DNA of 16,034 bases from a bacterium (GTDB lineage: Bacteria; UBA10199; 2-02-FULL-44-16; DYJF01). The stretch's first letter is position 1; the number at the start of each line of letters is the position of its first letter. A program made the position numbers and the translations under genes. The stretch spans positions 1 through 16,034 of the forward strand of contig JBGSNL010000061.1 of assembly GCA_041739675.1 (NCBI GenBank). The letters are read 5' to 3'. Shown piece after piece: positions 1-7,951 of the stretch. The notes beneath the pieces were generated by a model that worked only from the letters and a program-made list of their open reading frames with translations, searched no databases and had not been told where the DNA came from.

Positions 1-1
1 G

Positions 2-1108
2 AAGTTTGCTCTGGCCGCGCTTCACATGGTGAAACATCCTGCCAGATTTTTCTCGACGACGCTTGTCGGCACGAACATCTGCACGGTCACTGGTTCCGTT
101 GTCCTGACACTTTTCCTGATATCACGTTATGGTGAAGCGTATGCGCCGCTTGCAATTTTATACTGGCCTTTCACGTTGATTCTTGGGGAGATGGTTCCCA
201 AGAGCATTTATCAGTATTACGCGAATCGGATGGTCCTCAAGGTTGCACCCGTGCTTTTTGTCATTTCATGGGTGCTTACACCCATCATCTGGCCGCTCAC
301 GAAACTCACGGATCTTTTGCTGGGCGGGGTGAAGAAGCGTTTCGGGGCCGAGCCGCCGCTCACGCGCGAGGAGCTGGAGTTGATGCTCGAAGCCGGTGCG
401 GAGAGCACCAGCGACGTTAAACCGGCCGAACGCACAATGATCTCGCGCATCTTCGATCTCGCCGACAAAAAAGTGGCCAACATAATGACGCCGCTTGTAG
501 ATGTCGTTGCGATCCCCGCCGATTCGGCGCGCGAAGAGGCAGCAAAGGTTTTGGAGCAGACCGGGTACTCCCGCGTTCCTGTCTATCAGGGAAGAGTGTT
601 CAACGTCGTGGGGGTCTTGACCGGCACCGATCTTCTTTTCAGCGATGAAGACACTGATGTAAGCTCGCTTGTGAAGCCCGCCTATTACGTTCCAGAGGAT
701 ATGCCGTTGGACGAGCTTCTTTTGACGATGAAGCGAAAGCACCAGCCTCTGGCTGTCGTCGTCGACGAGTTCGGCGGCGCAACAGGCATCGTCACATCCG
801 AGGATCTTCTGGAAGAAGTGGTGGGCGAGATCAGAGACGAACATGATGTGGAGGCCCAGCTCTACTATAGAGTGGGCCACCATCATTATATAGCCAGCGG
901 CAGGATGGAAATAGAGCAGGCAAATGAGCGCTTAAAACTTCAGATTCCGCCGGGAGATTATGAAACGATCGCAGGTTTTTTGCTGAAAGAGGTGGAGCGA
1001 ATTCCGAAGGCGGGCGAGAGCGTTACAATCGACGGCTGGATCTACACGATCAGACGAGCAAACGAGAGGGCGATACAGGAAGTTGAGATAGTGGAGAAGC
1101 CCAAATGA
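2..1108 (+). CDS. CNNM/CorB (HlyC/CorC, 'hemolysin family') membrane protein with CBS pair and CorC domain; 5'-truncated by the window edge
   Basis: The frame is open from base 2 (KFALAALHM...), so the true start is upstream. It shows hydrophobic DUF21-type segments ([15 protein letters not shown]), CBS motifs ([40 protein letters not shown]) and a C-terminal CorC-like motif (YETIAGFL...RIP..GE). Confidence 0.9.
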   Translation, partial: KFALAALHMVKHPARFFSTTLVGTNICTVTGSVVLTLFLISRYGEAYAPLAILYWPFTLILGEMVPKSIYQYYANRMVLKVAPVLFVISWVLTPIIWPLTKLTDLLLGGVKKRFGAEPPLTREELELMLEAGAESTSDVKPAERTMISRIFDLADKKVANIMTPLVDVVAIPADSAREEAAKVLEQTGYSRVPVYQGRVFNVVGVLTGTDLLFSDEDTDVSSLVKPAYYVPEDMPLDELLLTMKRKHQPLAVVVDEFGGATGIVTSEDLLEEVVGEIRDEHDVEAQLYYRVGHHHYIASGRMEIEQANERLKLQIPPGDYETIAGFLLKEVERIPKAGESVTIDGWIYTIRRANERAIQEVEIVEKPK

Positions 1109-2238
1109 GCGTTGCGTATTTCGACTGTTTTTCGGGAATAGCCGGCGACATGGTCCTTGGCGCCATGGTGGACGCCGGCATGCCGCTTTCATATTTGAAG
1201 CGCGAGCTTTCGAAAATCTCCATCGGAGGTTATGAGATCAGTAAAAAGCAAAAAGGAAGGGTGATAAGCGGGACGAATCTTCACGTGGCGACAAGGCGCG
1301 AGCTTGCCAGAAGCGACTATAAGACGATCAAAAATCTCATTGCAAAGTCGAAGCTTCATGACCGTGTGAAAAAAATCGCACAGCTGATTTTCTACCGGCT
1401 GGCAGAGGCAGAATCAAAAGTTCACGGCGTGGGGGTAGGGGATGCGCATTTTCATGAAGTGGGCGCGGTGGATTCGATCGTCGACGTTGTGGGGAGTGCG
1501 ATAGGTTTTGAATATTTCGGATTCAGGGAAATTTTTTCGTCTCCACTTCCGATTACAAGAGGAAGGGTACGCTCGATGCATGGGATGCTTACCGTTCCGG
1601 CGCCGGCGACATTGCATCTGATCAAGGGCGTTCCATTGGAGAAGGCCCCGGTCAAAGACGAGATCGTAACGCCCACGGGTGCGGCGATCATCACGACTGT
1701 CGCGAAACATTTTGGCGAATGTCCGCTTCAGAAAATTGAAAAGGTGGGATACGGATACGGAGACAAGACTTTTCCGGGAATTCCAAACGCGCTGCGCCTG
1801 ATGATAGGCGAGGGTTATCCTGTTATCGTGATCGAGGCGAACATCGACGACATGAATCCGCAAATTTTCGATTACGTGATGGAGCGCTTGTTTGATGCCG
1901 GCGCCGTAGATGTTGTGCTCCAGCCCGTACAGATGAAAAAGAACCGCCCAGCAATCCTTCTGCAGTGCCAGGTTCCGTGGGATAAGAAAGACAAAGCGAT
2001 AGATGTAATCTTGCGGGAGACGACAACGCTGGGCGTGAGATACTATCCGGTCGAGAGAAAGGTTTTAACGCGTGAGCTGAGAACGATTAAGACGAAAAGC
2101 GGAAGGATCAGGATCAAAATTGCGATGGATGATAAAGGTAAAATCGTGAAGCGCATCCCCGAATACGAAGATGTCAAACGCCTCGCTAAAAAAAGCGGAA
2201 AGTCGATTCAAGCCATTCTCAATGAAGTTAAAAATTGA
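1105..2238 (+). CDS. larC: Nickel pincer cofactor biosynthesis protein LarC (Ni insertase), single full-length ORF
   Basis: Motifs FDCFSGIAGDMVLGA, HFHEVGAVDSIVD, VPAPAT, TPTGAA, EANIDDM, MKKNRP, ETTTLGVR and PEYED. ATGA overlap with the upstream gene. Confidence 0.93.
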   Translation: MSVAYFDCFSGIAGDMVLGAMVDAGMPLSYLKRELSKISIGGYEISKKQKGRVISGTNLHVATRRELARSDYKTIKNLIAKSKLHDRVKKIAQLIFYRLAEAESKVHGVGVGDAHFHEVGAVDSIVDVVGSAIGFEYFGFREIFSSPLPITRGRVRSMHGMLTVPAPATLHLIKGVPLEKAPVKDEIVTPTGAAIITTVAKHFGECPLQKIEKVGYGYGDKTFPGIPNALRLMIGEGYPVIVIEANIDDMNPQIFDYVMERLFDAGAVDVVLQPVQMKKNRPAILLQCQVPWDKKDKAIDVILRETTTLGVRYYPVERKVLTRELRTIKTKSGRIRIKIAMDDKGKIVKRIPEYEDVKRLAKKSGKSIQAILNEVKN

Positions 2239-3319
2239 AAAACTCGTGCACGGAGGGGCCGGTGTCGGTGAAATAGACGGCAAGATAATCTTCGTGCCTT
2301 TTTCCGCGCCTGATGACGTGTTGGATGTTGAAATAACAAATGACCATGTCAACTTTGCAGAGGCAGAGATCACAAAAATTATTGAGGGGGCATCTTGCCG
2401 CGTAGATCCACCGTGCCCAGTGTTCGGCAGATGCGGCGGGTGCCAATGGCAGCACATTTCGTATGACGCTCAGCTTGAATGGAAGAGGTTGATACTTGTC
2501 GAGACGCTCAAACGCATAGGGAAAGTGGACTCCGATGTTCTGCCGACTTTGGCCTCACCCAAACAATGGAACTATCGTAATCGAATACAGCTGCACGTCG
2601 ACTCAAGAGGAAGGGTTGGATTCTATCGCACTAAATCGAAAGAGGTCGTTGAATTTGAAAAGTGCCTGATAGCAGACGAGAGACTCAACGAGCGTTTGAA
2701 TTCGATGCGCGAGTCGCTGAAATTCCGTTCAAAGGGAATTGCGCTTCGCCTTCAGGAGGGCCCCGCCCGCCATGCGAGCCTTGCGGCATCGCAAGGCGAG
2801 GCGGGCGGGCCCTCTTTTTCGCAGATCAACACGGAGCAGAATGAAAATCTGAAAAAACTGGTCTGCGAATGGATGGAAGAGGTTCCCCACGAATCTGTTC
2901 TTGAACTCTACGCCGGGGCCGGAAATTTCACATTCGGACTTGCGAAGATTGCAAAGAGGGTGGTCGCTTCCGACATCGACGGAAAATCGATCAAGTTCGC
3001 AAAGGAGAGGCAGCGGGAAGAAGAGGCCCGGAACATCGAATTTTTCTGTGCGCCGGCCGAAAAAGCCGCGGCGAAGTTTGAGGCGGGTTGCGACGCCGTC
3101 CTTGTCGATCCCCCGCGAACGGGTTGCGCTGAGGCGATAGAAGCGATCGTGAACCTTCAGCCCAAGGCCGTTATCTACATCTCATGCGATCCCGCCACCC
3201 TCGCCCGCGACGTCAAAACCTTCACTCTCCGCGGCTACACCCTCAAAAAAAGCCAACCAGTCGACATGTTCCCGCAGACCTTCCACATCGAATCGGTAAA
3301 TTTACTCATTCACAACTAG
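2222..3319 (+). CDS. rlmD: TRAM-domain 23S rRNA (uracil-C5)-methyltransferase, RlmD/RumA family
   Basis: Likely start is ATG 2222 (MKLKIEKLVHGGAG). It has the 4Fe-4S motif CPVFGRCGGCQWQH, YRNR, SFSQIN, the SAM motif LELYAGAGNF, VDPPRTG, catalytic YISCDPATLARD and DMFPQTFHIE. The exact target uridine cannot be determined from sequence. Confidence 0.88.
   Translation: MKLKIEKLVHGGAGVGEIDGKIIFVPFSAPDDVLDVEITNDHVNFAEAEITKIIEGASCRVDPPCPVFGRCGGCQWQHISYDAQLEWKRLILVETLKRIGKVDSDVLPTLASPKQWNYRNRIQLHVDSRGRVGFYRTKSKEVVEFEKCLIADERLNERLNSMRESLKFRSKGIALRLQEGPARHASLAASQGEAGGPSFSQINTEQNENLKKLVCEWMEEVPHESVLELYAGAGNFTFGLAKIAKRVVASDIDGKSIKFAKERQREEEARNIEFFCAPAEKAAAKFEAGCDAVLVDPPRTGCAEAIEAIVNLQPKAVIYISCDPATLARDVKTFTLRGYTLKKSQPVDMFPQTFHIESVNLLIHN
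2762..2809. repeat. 48-bp palindromic element located in frame inside rlmD
   Basis: Perfect 10-bp terminal inverted repeats CCCGCCCGCC (2762-2771) / GGCGGGCGGG (2800-2809), plus an inner 8-bp stem GCCTTGCG-gcat-CGCAAGGC (2778-2797). Encodes PARHASLAASQGEAGG. Confidence 0.75.
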
Positions 3320-3331
3320 TGCAAAATTCGG

Positions 3332-3371
3332 CCCACTGACCCCGCCGACCCGAAAGCCTCAGAGTTTTGTC
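3332..3371 (+). repeat. Dispersed intergenic motif, copy 1 (CCCACTG...CCCGAAAGCC-N3-GAGTTTTGTC)
   Basis: Shares three exact blocks (7, 10 and 10 nt) in the same order with the reverse complement of 15963-15993. Confidence 0.7.
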
Positions 3372-3409
3372 ATTACGTAATAACCTGAAATCATGGGGGT
3401 TTAATTGTG

Positions 3410-3438
3410 TTGACAAGGGGGTCGTTTGACACTAAAAA
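3410..3438 (+). promoter_or_regulatory. Putative sigma70 promoter of the rpsU-yqeY-dnaG-rpoD cluster
   Basis: TTGACA (3410-3415), a 17-nt spacer, then TAAAAA (3433-3438), about 50 nt upstream of rpsU. A second TTGACA lies at 3426-3431. Confidence 0.6.
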
Positions 3439-3488
3439 ACCAACACTTTACGGGCATTTAGGCCCGAAAGGAAGGGTGGTGATTTTTA

Positions 3489-3671
3489 ATGCCGGGTATC
3501 AAAGTGCGCGAGGGGGAAAGTTTTGAACAAGCCCTTCGCCGTTTCAAGAAACAATGCGAGAAAGCCGGTATCTTGTCCGAGCTCAGAAAGCGCGAGTACT
3601 ACGAGAAGCCGTCGATGAAGGAAAAGAAGAAAAGAGCTCAGGCAAAGAAGCGCGCGAAACGGGGTCGTTAA
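3489..3671 (+). CDS. rpsU: 30S ribosomal protein S21
   Basis: [42 protein letters not shown] is the typical bS21 signature. Purine-rich RBS upstream and canonical position before dnaG and rpoD. Confidence 0.97.
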   Translation: MPGIKVREGESFEQALRRFKKQCEKAGILSELRKREYYEKPSMKEKKKRAQAKKRAKRGR

Positions 3672-3686
3672 ATCAAAGGGCAATGA

Positions 3687-4157
3687 ATGGGGCTCAAAGA
3701 AAAAATTGAGAGCGATCTCAAGGCGGCGATGAAGTCTAAGGACATAATTGCTGCCGGAGCGCTGCGCATGATCATTGCCGCCGTGCAAAACAAAGAGATA
3801 GAGGAACGAAGCATAAAAAAGTTGGAGCTTGGAAAGAGTCTTGACGATGCCGGTGTCGTGAAAATCATATCTACTCTTGCAAAGCAACGTCAGGAATCGA
3901 TTGAGATGTTCAAAAAGGGCGGGCGCGACGATCTTGTCAAAAAAGAGACCGCCGAGCTGGCCCTTATTTCACGCTATCTTCCCAGCGCGCTTTCGGAAGG
4001 TGAGATCGAAAAAATCGTCGAAGAAGCCGTCCGGGAGAGCGGGGCCGCCGGCCCAAAGGATATGGGCAACGTCATGAAACTTGTGATGCCCAAAATCGCC
4101 GGCCGCGCCGACGGGAAGATCGTAAACGAAATCGTGCGCAAAAAGCTTGCGCCATAG
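3687..4157 (+). CDS. yqeY: GatB/YqeY domain-containing protein
   Basis: LKEKIESDLKAAMKSKD...LRMI, KQRQESIEMFKKGGRDDL, YLPSALS, KDMGNVMK and GRADGK. Usual position after rpsU. Confidence 0.93.
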   Translation: MGLKEKIESDLKAAMKSKDIIAAGALRMIIAAVQNKEIEERSIKKLELGKSLDDAGVVKIISTLAKQRQESIEMFKKGGRDDLVKKETAELALISRYLPSALSEGEIEKIVEEAVRESGAAGPKDMGNVMKLVMPKIAGRADGKIVNEIVRKKLAP

Positions 4158-4168
4158 AATTTCAAAAC

Positions 4169-4230
4169 GCCGGAAGTCGGAAGCCAGAAGCCAGAAGATG
4201 AAAAATTTATTCTGACATCTGGCTTCTTAA
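4169..4230. repeat. Inverted array of degenerate heptamers (GCCAGAA / TTCTGGC) forming a hairpin between yqeY and dnaG
   Basis: Left units GCCGGAA, GTCGGAA, GCCAGAA, GCCAGAA; right units TTCTGAC, ATCTGGC, TTCTTAA. Segments 4180-4196 and 4210-4226 are complementary at 15 of 17 positions. Confidence 0.75.
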
Positions 4231-4243
4231 CTTGGATCCATCC

Positions 4244-6019
4244 ATGTTTGATCAGGCAATCCTATCGGACATTCGCGACCGCATCCCGATTGTCTCGTTC
4301 ATCGGCGAGCGTGTTCCCCTCAAGAAAGCGGGAAGAAACCACAAAGGCAACTGTCCTTTCCATCAGGAAAAAACGCCGTCGTTCATGGTGAGCGAAGAAA
4401 AGCAAATTTTCCACTGTTTCGGATGCGGCGAAGGTGGAGACGTTTTCAAGTTTCTGATGAAATTCGAAGGGCTCTCGTTTGCCGAAGCGGTGCGCCAACT
4501 TGCGGAGCGCGCGGGGGTTTCGCTCCCGAAGGACGCCTTTTCCAAGGATCCGGATGAGGAGATGGCGCGAAAAAAGAAGTGGTGTTTTCGCTTAAATCAG
4601 GTCGCTTGTGAGTATTTTCGGGGGATCCTCGCCGGCCCCTCCGGTGCTGGCGCCCGTAACTACTTGAAATCACGGGGTATATTTAATGAAACTTCAACGC
4701 AACTTTTTTTGGGATATGCCGAAAAGGGCTGGGACGGGTTAATCCGCCATCTTGAGGAGAAGAAGGTTCCGCTGGCTCTTGCGGAGGAACTGGGTCTTCT
4801 GAAGAGAAAGAGCGATCAGAAAGGATACTACGATTTTTTCCGCGACCGGCTCATGTTTCCGATCGTCTCGCAAAGGGGAGAGGTCGTAGGTTTTTCAGGA
4901 AGGGCGCTGGACGCGGCGGACAAAGAGGCCGCAAAATATTTGAATTCGCCAGACTCGCTCATATACCACAAGTCGAACTGTGTATACGGGTTGAACGTAG
5001 CTGCCGATGCAATCAGAAAAACGGACCAGGTGATTCTGGTCGAGGGAAATATAGATCTCGTCTCGCTTTATCAGGCGGGATTCAAAAATGTGGTGGCGCC
5101 GCTTGGGACCGCGCTGACGAGCGGCCACATAAGATTGCTCGCGCGATATTCGAAGAACATGGTCGTGATCTTCGACGGAGACGAAGCAGGGTCAAAAGCC
5201 TCTATTCGCGCGCTGCCTCTTTTCATAGAGGCGGGCTTAACGCCGCGGGCGGTTGCGATGCCCGACGGCGAAGATCCTGACAGCTTCGTCAGGAAAAACG
5301 GCGCTGAAAAATTGAGAGAACGTTTGGATGCGGCGCCTACGCTCTTTGAACATGCGATAGACCGGATTTCCCTGAAGGCCGGAGACGACACGGCGGGGAA
5401 GGTTCGTGCGATGCAGCAGCTCGTTCCACTCATGAATGAGATTAAAGATCCGGTCGAGCTTGGCATCTACCGCGGATACGCTGCGAAGAGATTGAAGTTG
5501 AAAGAGGAGATCATTCGCGAGGCGCTTAAGGGAGGCGTGAAGGGCGTGAAGAAGGAAGGCGCCAAACCGAAAGATGCGCCGAGAAAGAACGTGACTATAG
5601 TCGCCGAAAAGCTGCTCGTGGAAACGATGATCGGCGCGCCTCATCTTGTCGAAGCGGTTGCCGGCAGGATAAGTCCGGACCAGTTGAGCGACAGCTCATG
5701 CAGAACGATAGCCGAGCTCGTGTTCAACGAATTCAGGACGGGCGGCGAGTTCAACTTTTCAAGACTTCTCGAAACGGTGGCGGACGCGGAACTTGAAACC
5801 GAACTTCGCCAAATGGCGATGAATACTGCGAATCTGGATCAGGATGAGGCCCGGCAGATCGTCGACGATTGCATTGAAACAATTGAAAGAAAGCCGATCA
5901 CGGAGAAAATAGAGCAGGTCAATGAAGCGATACGCGGTGCGGAATCGGAAGGAAACGAAACGCTTCTTTTCGAATTGCTGGCAAAAAAACGGGATCTCGC
6001 GGCACAAGTCATGAAGTAG
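4244..6019 (+). CDS. dnaG: DNA primase
   Basis: CHC2 zinc finger (CPFHQEKTPSF...HCFGCG), FRDRLMFPI, KYLNSPDS and TOPRIM motifs VEGNID, FDGDEAG and DPD. Start is ATG 4244, with TTG 4232 as an alternative. Confidence 0.97.
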   Translation: MFDQAILSDIRDRIPIVSFIGERVPLKKAGRNHKGNCPFHQEKTPSFMVSEEKQIFHCFGCGEGGDVFKFLMKFEGLSFAEAVRQLAERAGVSLPKDAFSKDPDEEMARKKKWCFRLNQVACEYFRGILAGPSGAGARNYLKSRGIFNETSTQLFLGYAEKGWDGLIRHLEEKKVPLALAEELGLLKRKSDQKGYYDFFRDRLMFPIVSQRGEVVGFSGRALDAADKEAAKYLNSPDSLIYHKSNCVYGLNVAADAIRKTDQVILVEGNIDLVSLYQAGFKNVVAPLGTALTSGHIRLLARYSKNMVVIFDGDEAGSKASIRALPLFIEAGLTPRAVAMPDGEDPDSFVRKNGAEKLRERLDAAPTLFEHAIDRISLKAGDDTAGKVRAMQQLVPLMNEIKDPVELGIYRGYAAKRLKLKEEIIREALKGGVKGVKKEGAKPKDAPRKNVTIVAEKLLVETMIGAPHLVEAVAGRISPDQLSDSSCRTIAELVFNEFRTGGEFNFSRLLETVADAELETELRQMAMNTANLDQDEARQIVDDCIETIERKPITEKIEQVNEAIRGAESEGNETLLFELLAKKRDLAAQVMK

Positions 6020-6043
6020 TGCCGCCAAAGGAAGGGTGAAAAA

Positions 6044-7912
6044 ATGGCCAATACGCAAACCCAGGTGAAAAGCAAAACTTCGCGCGGCAAAGCGCCGCAG
6101 GGTAAGGCGCAGCAGACGAACGCGCAGCACGCGAAGGTGGACATAAAAGAGGTGAAGGAACTGATAACCGTCGGCAAGGAGAAGGGCTTTTTGACCTTCG
6201 AAGAGGTCAACGACGCGCTTCCGCCGAGCCTTGTGTCATCGGACCAGTTAGATGACGTCCTCACCATGTTCGACGATATGGACATCGAGATCGTCGACAC
6301 GGAGGAAGAGGGCAAGGTCCTGAAACAGAAACCTCAGATATCGGCCAAACCGTCTAAGGAAGAGGCTGCCGAGGAGGCGGAGGAAGCCGCCCCCATCGTC
6401 GTTGAGGCCGAGTACGCCGGGCGCACGACCGATCCGGTGAGGATGTATTTGAGAAAGATGGGACAGGTGGCTCTGCTCACACGCGAAGGCGAGGTGGAGA
6501 TCGCGAAGCGCATAGAGCAGGGGCAAGACGAGATGTTCAACATTCTTCTCTCGTCGCCTCTCGGCATCAAATCGGTTCTCACTCTGGGCGAACAGCTTTC
6601 AAGAAACAAGATTCGCGTCACGGAGGTAGTAAAGGAATTTGACGATCTTGAGGATCTCGAAGGATTCAACGAGCCGGAGCAGAAGGAAAAACTTTTAAAG
6701 CTCATCAGCCGCGTGCGTGCTTTCAACAAGACGTGCCTGAATCTTGACGACAAACTTCAGTCGACGCGCCTGACGCCGGCGGCGCGGCAAGCGCTTGAGA
6801 CAAAGAGAAACGACTCGCATCGCCAGATGCTGGAGTGCTTCAAGCAGATGAATCTCTCCATAAGGACGATAGGCAGGATCACCGAGTCTCTTCAGGAGAC
6901 GATCGAGGCGATCGAAGGCTGCCACAAGCAGCTCAAGGAATGCTCGCGCAAGATGAAATGCTCCGTTGATAATTTAAGGCAGGAGTGCCGCGAGTTCAAG
7001 AGAACCGATTATCAGAAGCGCAAGCTGGTTTCAAGAACGAGTCTTTCGCGAGATCAGCTGAACATCATCATCGAAACGGCGGGCAAGAGCGATTTGCAGG
7101 CTAAGAAGATGGAGCGCGAAGCGGGTCAGGATGCGGACGGATTACGTCAGACGCTCAAGGATATAAAAAAGTGGGAGTTTTTCGCAGAGAGGGCGAAAAA
7201 CGAGCTCGTCGAGGCGAACCTGCGGCTTGTGGTTTCAATTGCGAAAAAATACACGAACCGCGGCCTGCAATTTCTGGATCTGATTCAGGAAGGCAACATA
7301 GGTCTTATGAAGGCCGTGGACAAGTTCGAGTACCGCCGCGGCTACAAATTCTCGACATACGCGACGTGGTGGATCAGGCAGGCGATTACGCGCGCGATCG
7401 CCGATCAGGCGCGTACGATAAGGATCCCGGTCCACATGATCGAGACGATAAATAAGCTTGTGCGCACGTCGCGCTATCTGGTTCAGGAGCTGGGGCGCGA
7501 GCCGAATCCCGAAGAGATTGCGGAGAAGATGGAGCTCCCGCTCGAGAAGGTGCACAAGGTTTTGAGAATAGCCAAGGAGCCCATTTCGCTTGAGACGCCA
7601 ATCGGCGAGGAGGAGGACGGCCATCTGGGCGATTTCATCGAGGATAAATCGATCGTTTCGCCGACGGATTCCGTCGTGAATCTCAACCTTTCGGAGCAGA
7701 CGCGAAGGGTGCTCTCCACTCTCACGCCGCGCGAAGAGAAGGTTCTGCGCATGCGTTTCGGAATCGGCGAGAAGAGCGATCACACGCTGGAAGAGGTAGG
7801 ACGTGATTTTTCGGTGACGCGCGAAAGAATAAGGCAGATCGAGGCGAAAGCGCTTCGAAAGCTCAGACATCCATCGCGTGCGAAGAAGCTGAAGAGCTTT
7901 GTAGACTTTTAA
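6044..7912 (+). CDS. rpoD: RNA polymerase primary sigma factor sigma70
   Basis: Region 1.1 ([14 protein letters not shown]), region 1.2 ([11 protein letters not shown]), region 2 ([51 protein letters not shown]) and region 4 ([27 protein letters not shown]). Confidence 0.98.
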   Translation: MANTQTQVKSKTSRGKAPQGKAQQTNAQHAKVDIKEVKELITVGKEKGFLTFEEVNDALPPSLVSSDQLDDVLTMFDDMDIEIVDTEEEGKVLKQKPQISAKPSKEEAAEEAEEAAPIVVEAEYAGRTTDPVRMYLRKMGQVALLTREGEVEIAKRIEQGQDEMFNILLSSPLGIKSVLTLGEQLSRNKIRVTEVVKEFDDLEDLEGFNEPEQKEKLLKLISRVRAFNKTCLNLDDKLQSTRLTPAARQALETKRNDSHRQMLECFKQMNLSIRTIGRITESLQETIEAIEGCHKQLKECSRKMKCSVDNLRQECREFKRTDYQKRKLVSRTSLSRDQLNIIIETAGKSDLQAKKMEREAGQDADGLRQTLKDIKKWEFFAERAKNELVEANLRLVVSIAKKYTNRGLQFLDLIQEGNIGLMKAVDKFEYRRGYKFSTYATWWIRQAITRAIADQARTIRIPVHMIETINKLVRTSRYLVQELGREPNPEEIAEKMELPLEKVHKVLRIAKEPISLETPIGEEEDGHLGDFIEDKSIVSPTDSVVNLNLSEQTRRVLSTLTPREEKVLRMRFGIGEKSDHTLEEVGRDFSVTRERIRQIEAKALRKLRHPSRAKKLKSFVDF

Positions 7913-7915
7913 CAA

Positions 7916-7940
7916 GCCCGCCACTGAAACCTCGGCGGGC
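7916..7940. other. GC-rich hairpin between rpoD and the VKOR-DsbA gene
   Basis: GCCCGCC (7916-7922), an 11-nt loop, then GGCGGGC (7934-7940). There is no U-tract, so it is not a clear intrinsic terminator. Confidence 0.45.
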
Positions 7941-7951
7941 AAGGGGGAGTC

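Noticed and set aside
2..1108. Hemolysin or virulence factor
   Set aside because: The 'hemolysin' label for this family is historical. The domain content fits a CNNM/CorB divalent-cation transporter.
2171..2238. Possible frameshift fusion of LarC to RlmD at the A7 run near 2188-2194
   Set aside because: Both genes are complete with their own start and stop, and A-runs are common in Lys codons here. No stimulatory signal is evident.
4169..4230. CRISPR array or classical intrinsic terminator
   Set aside because: The units are 7 nt with no spacers, and the stem is not followed by a proper U-tract.
7235..7942. 235-aa antisense ORF over rpoD, and other antisense ORFs (266-886, 12682-13371, 14868-15578)
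   Set aside because: These are shadow ORFs opposite well-conserved genes, with no motifs, as expected from codon bias.
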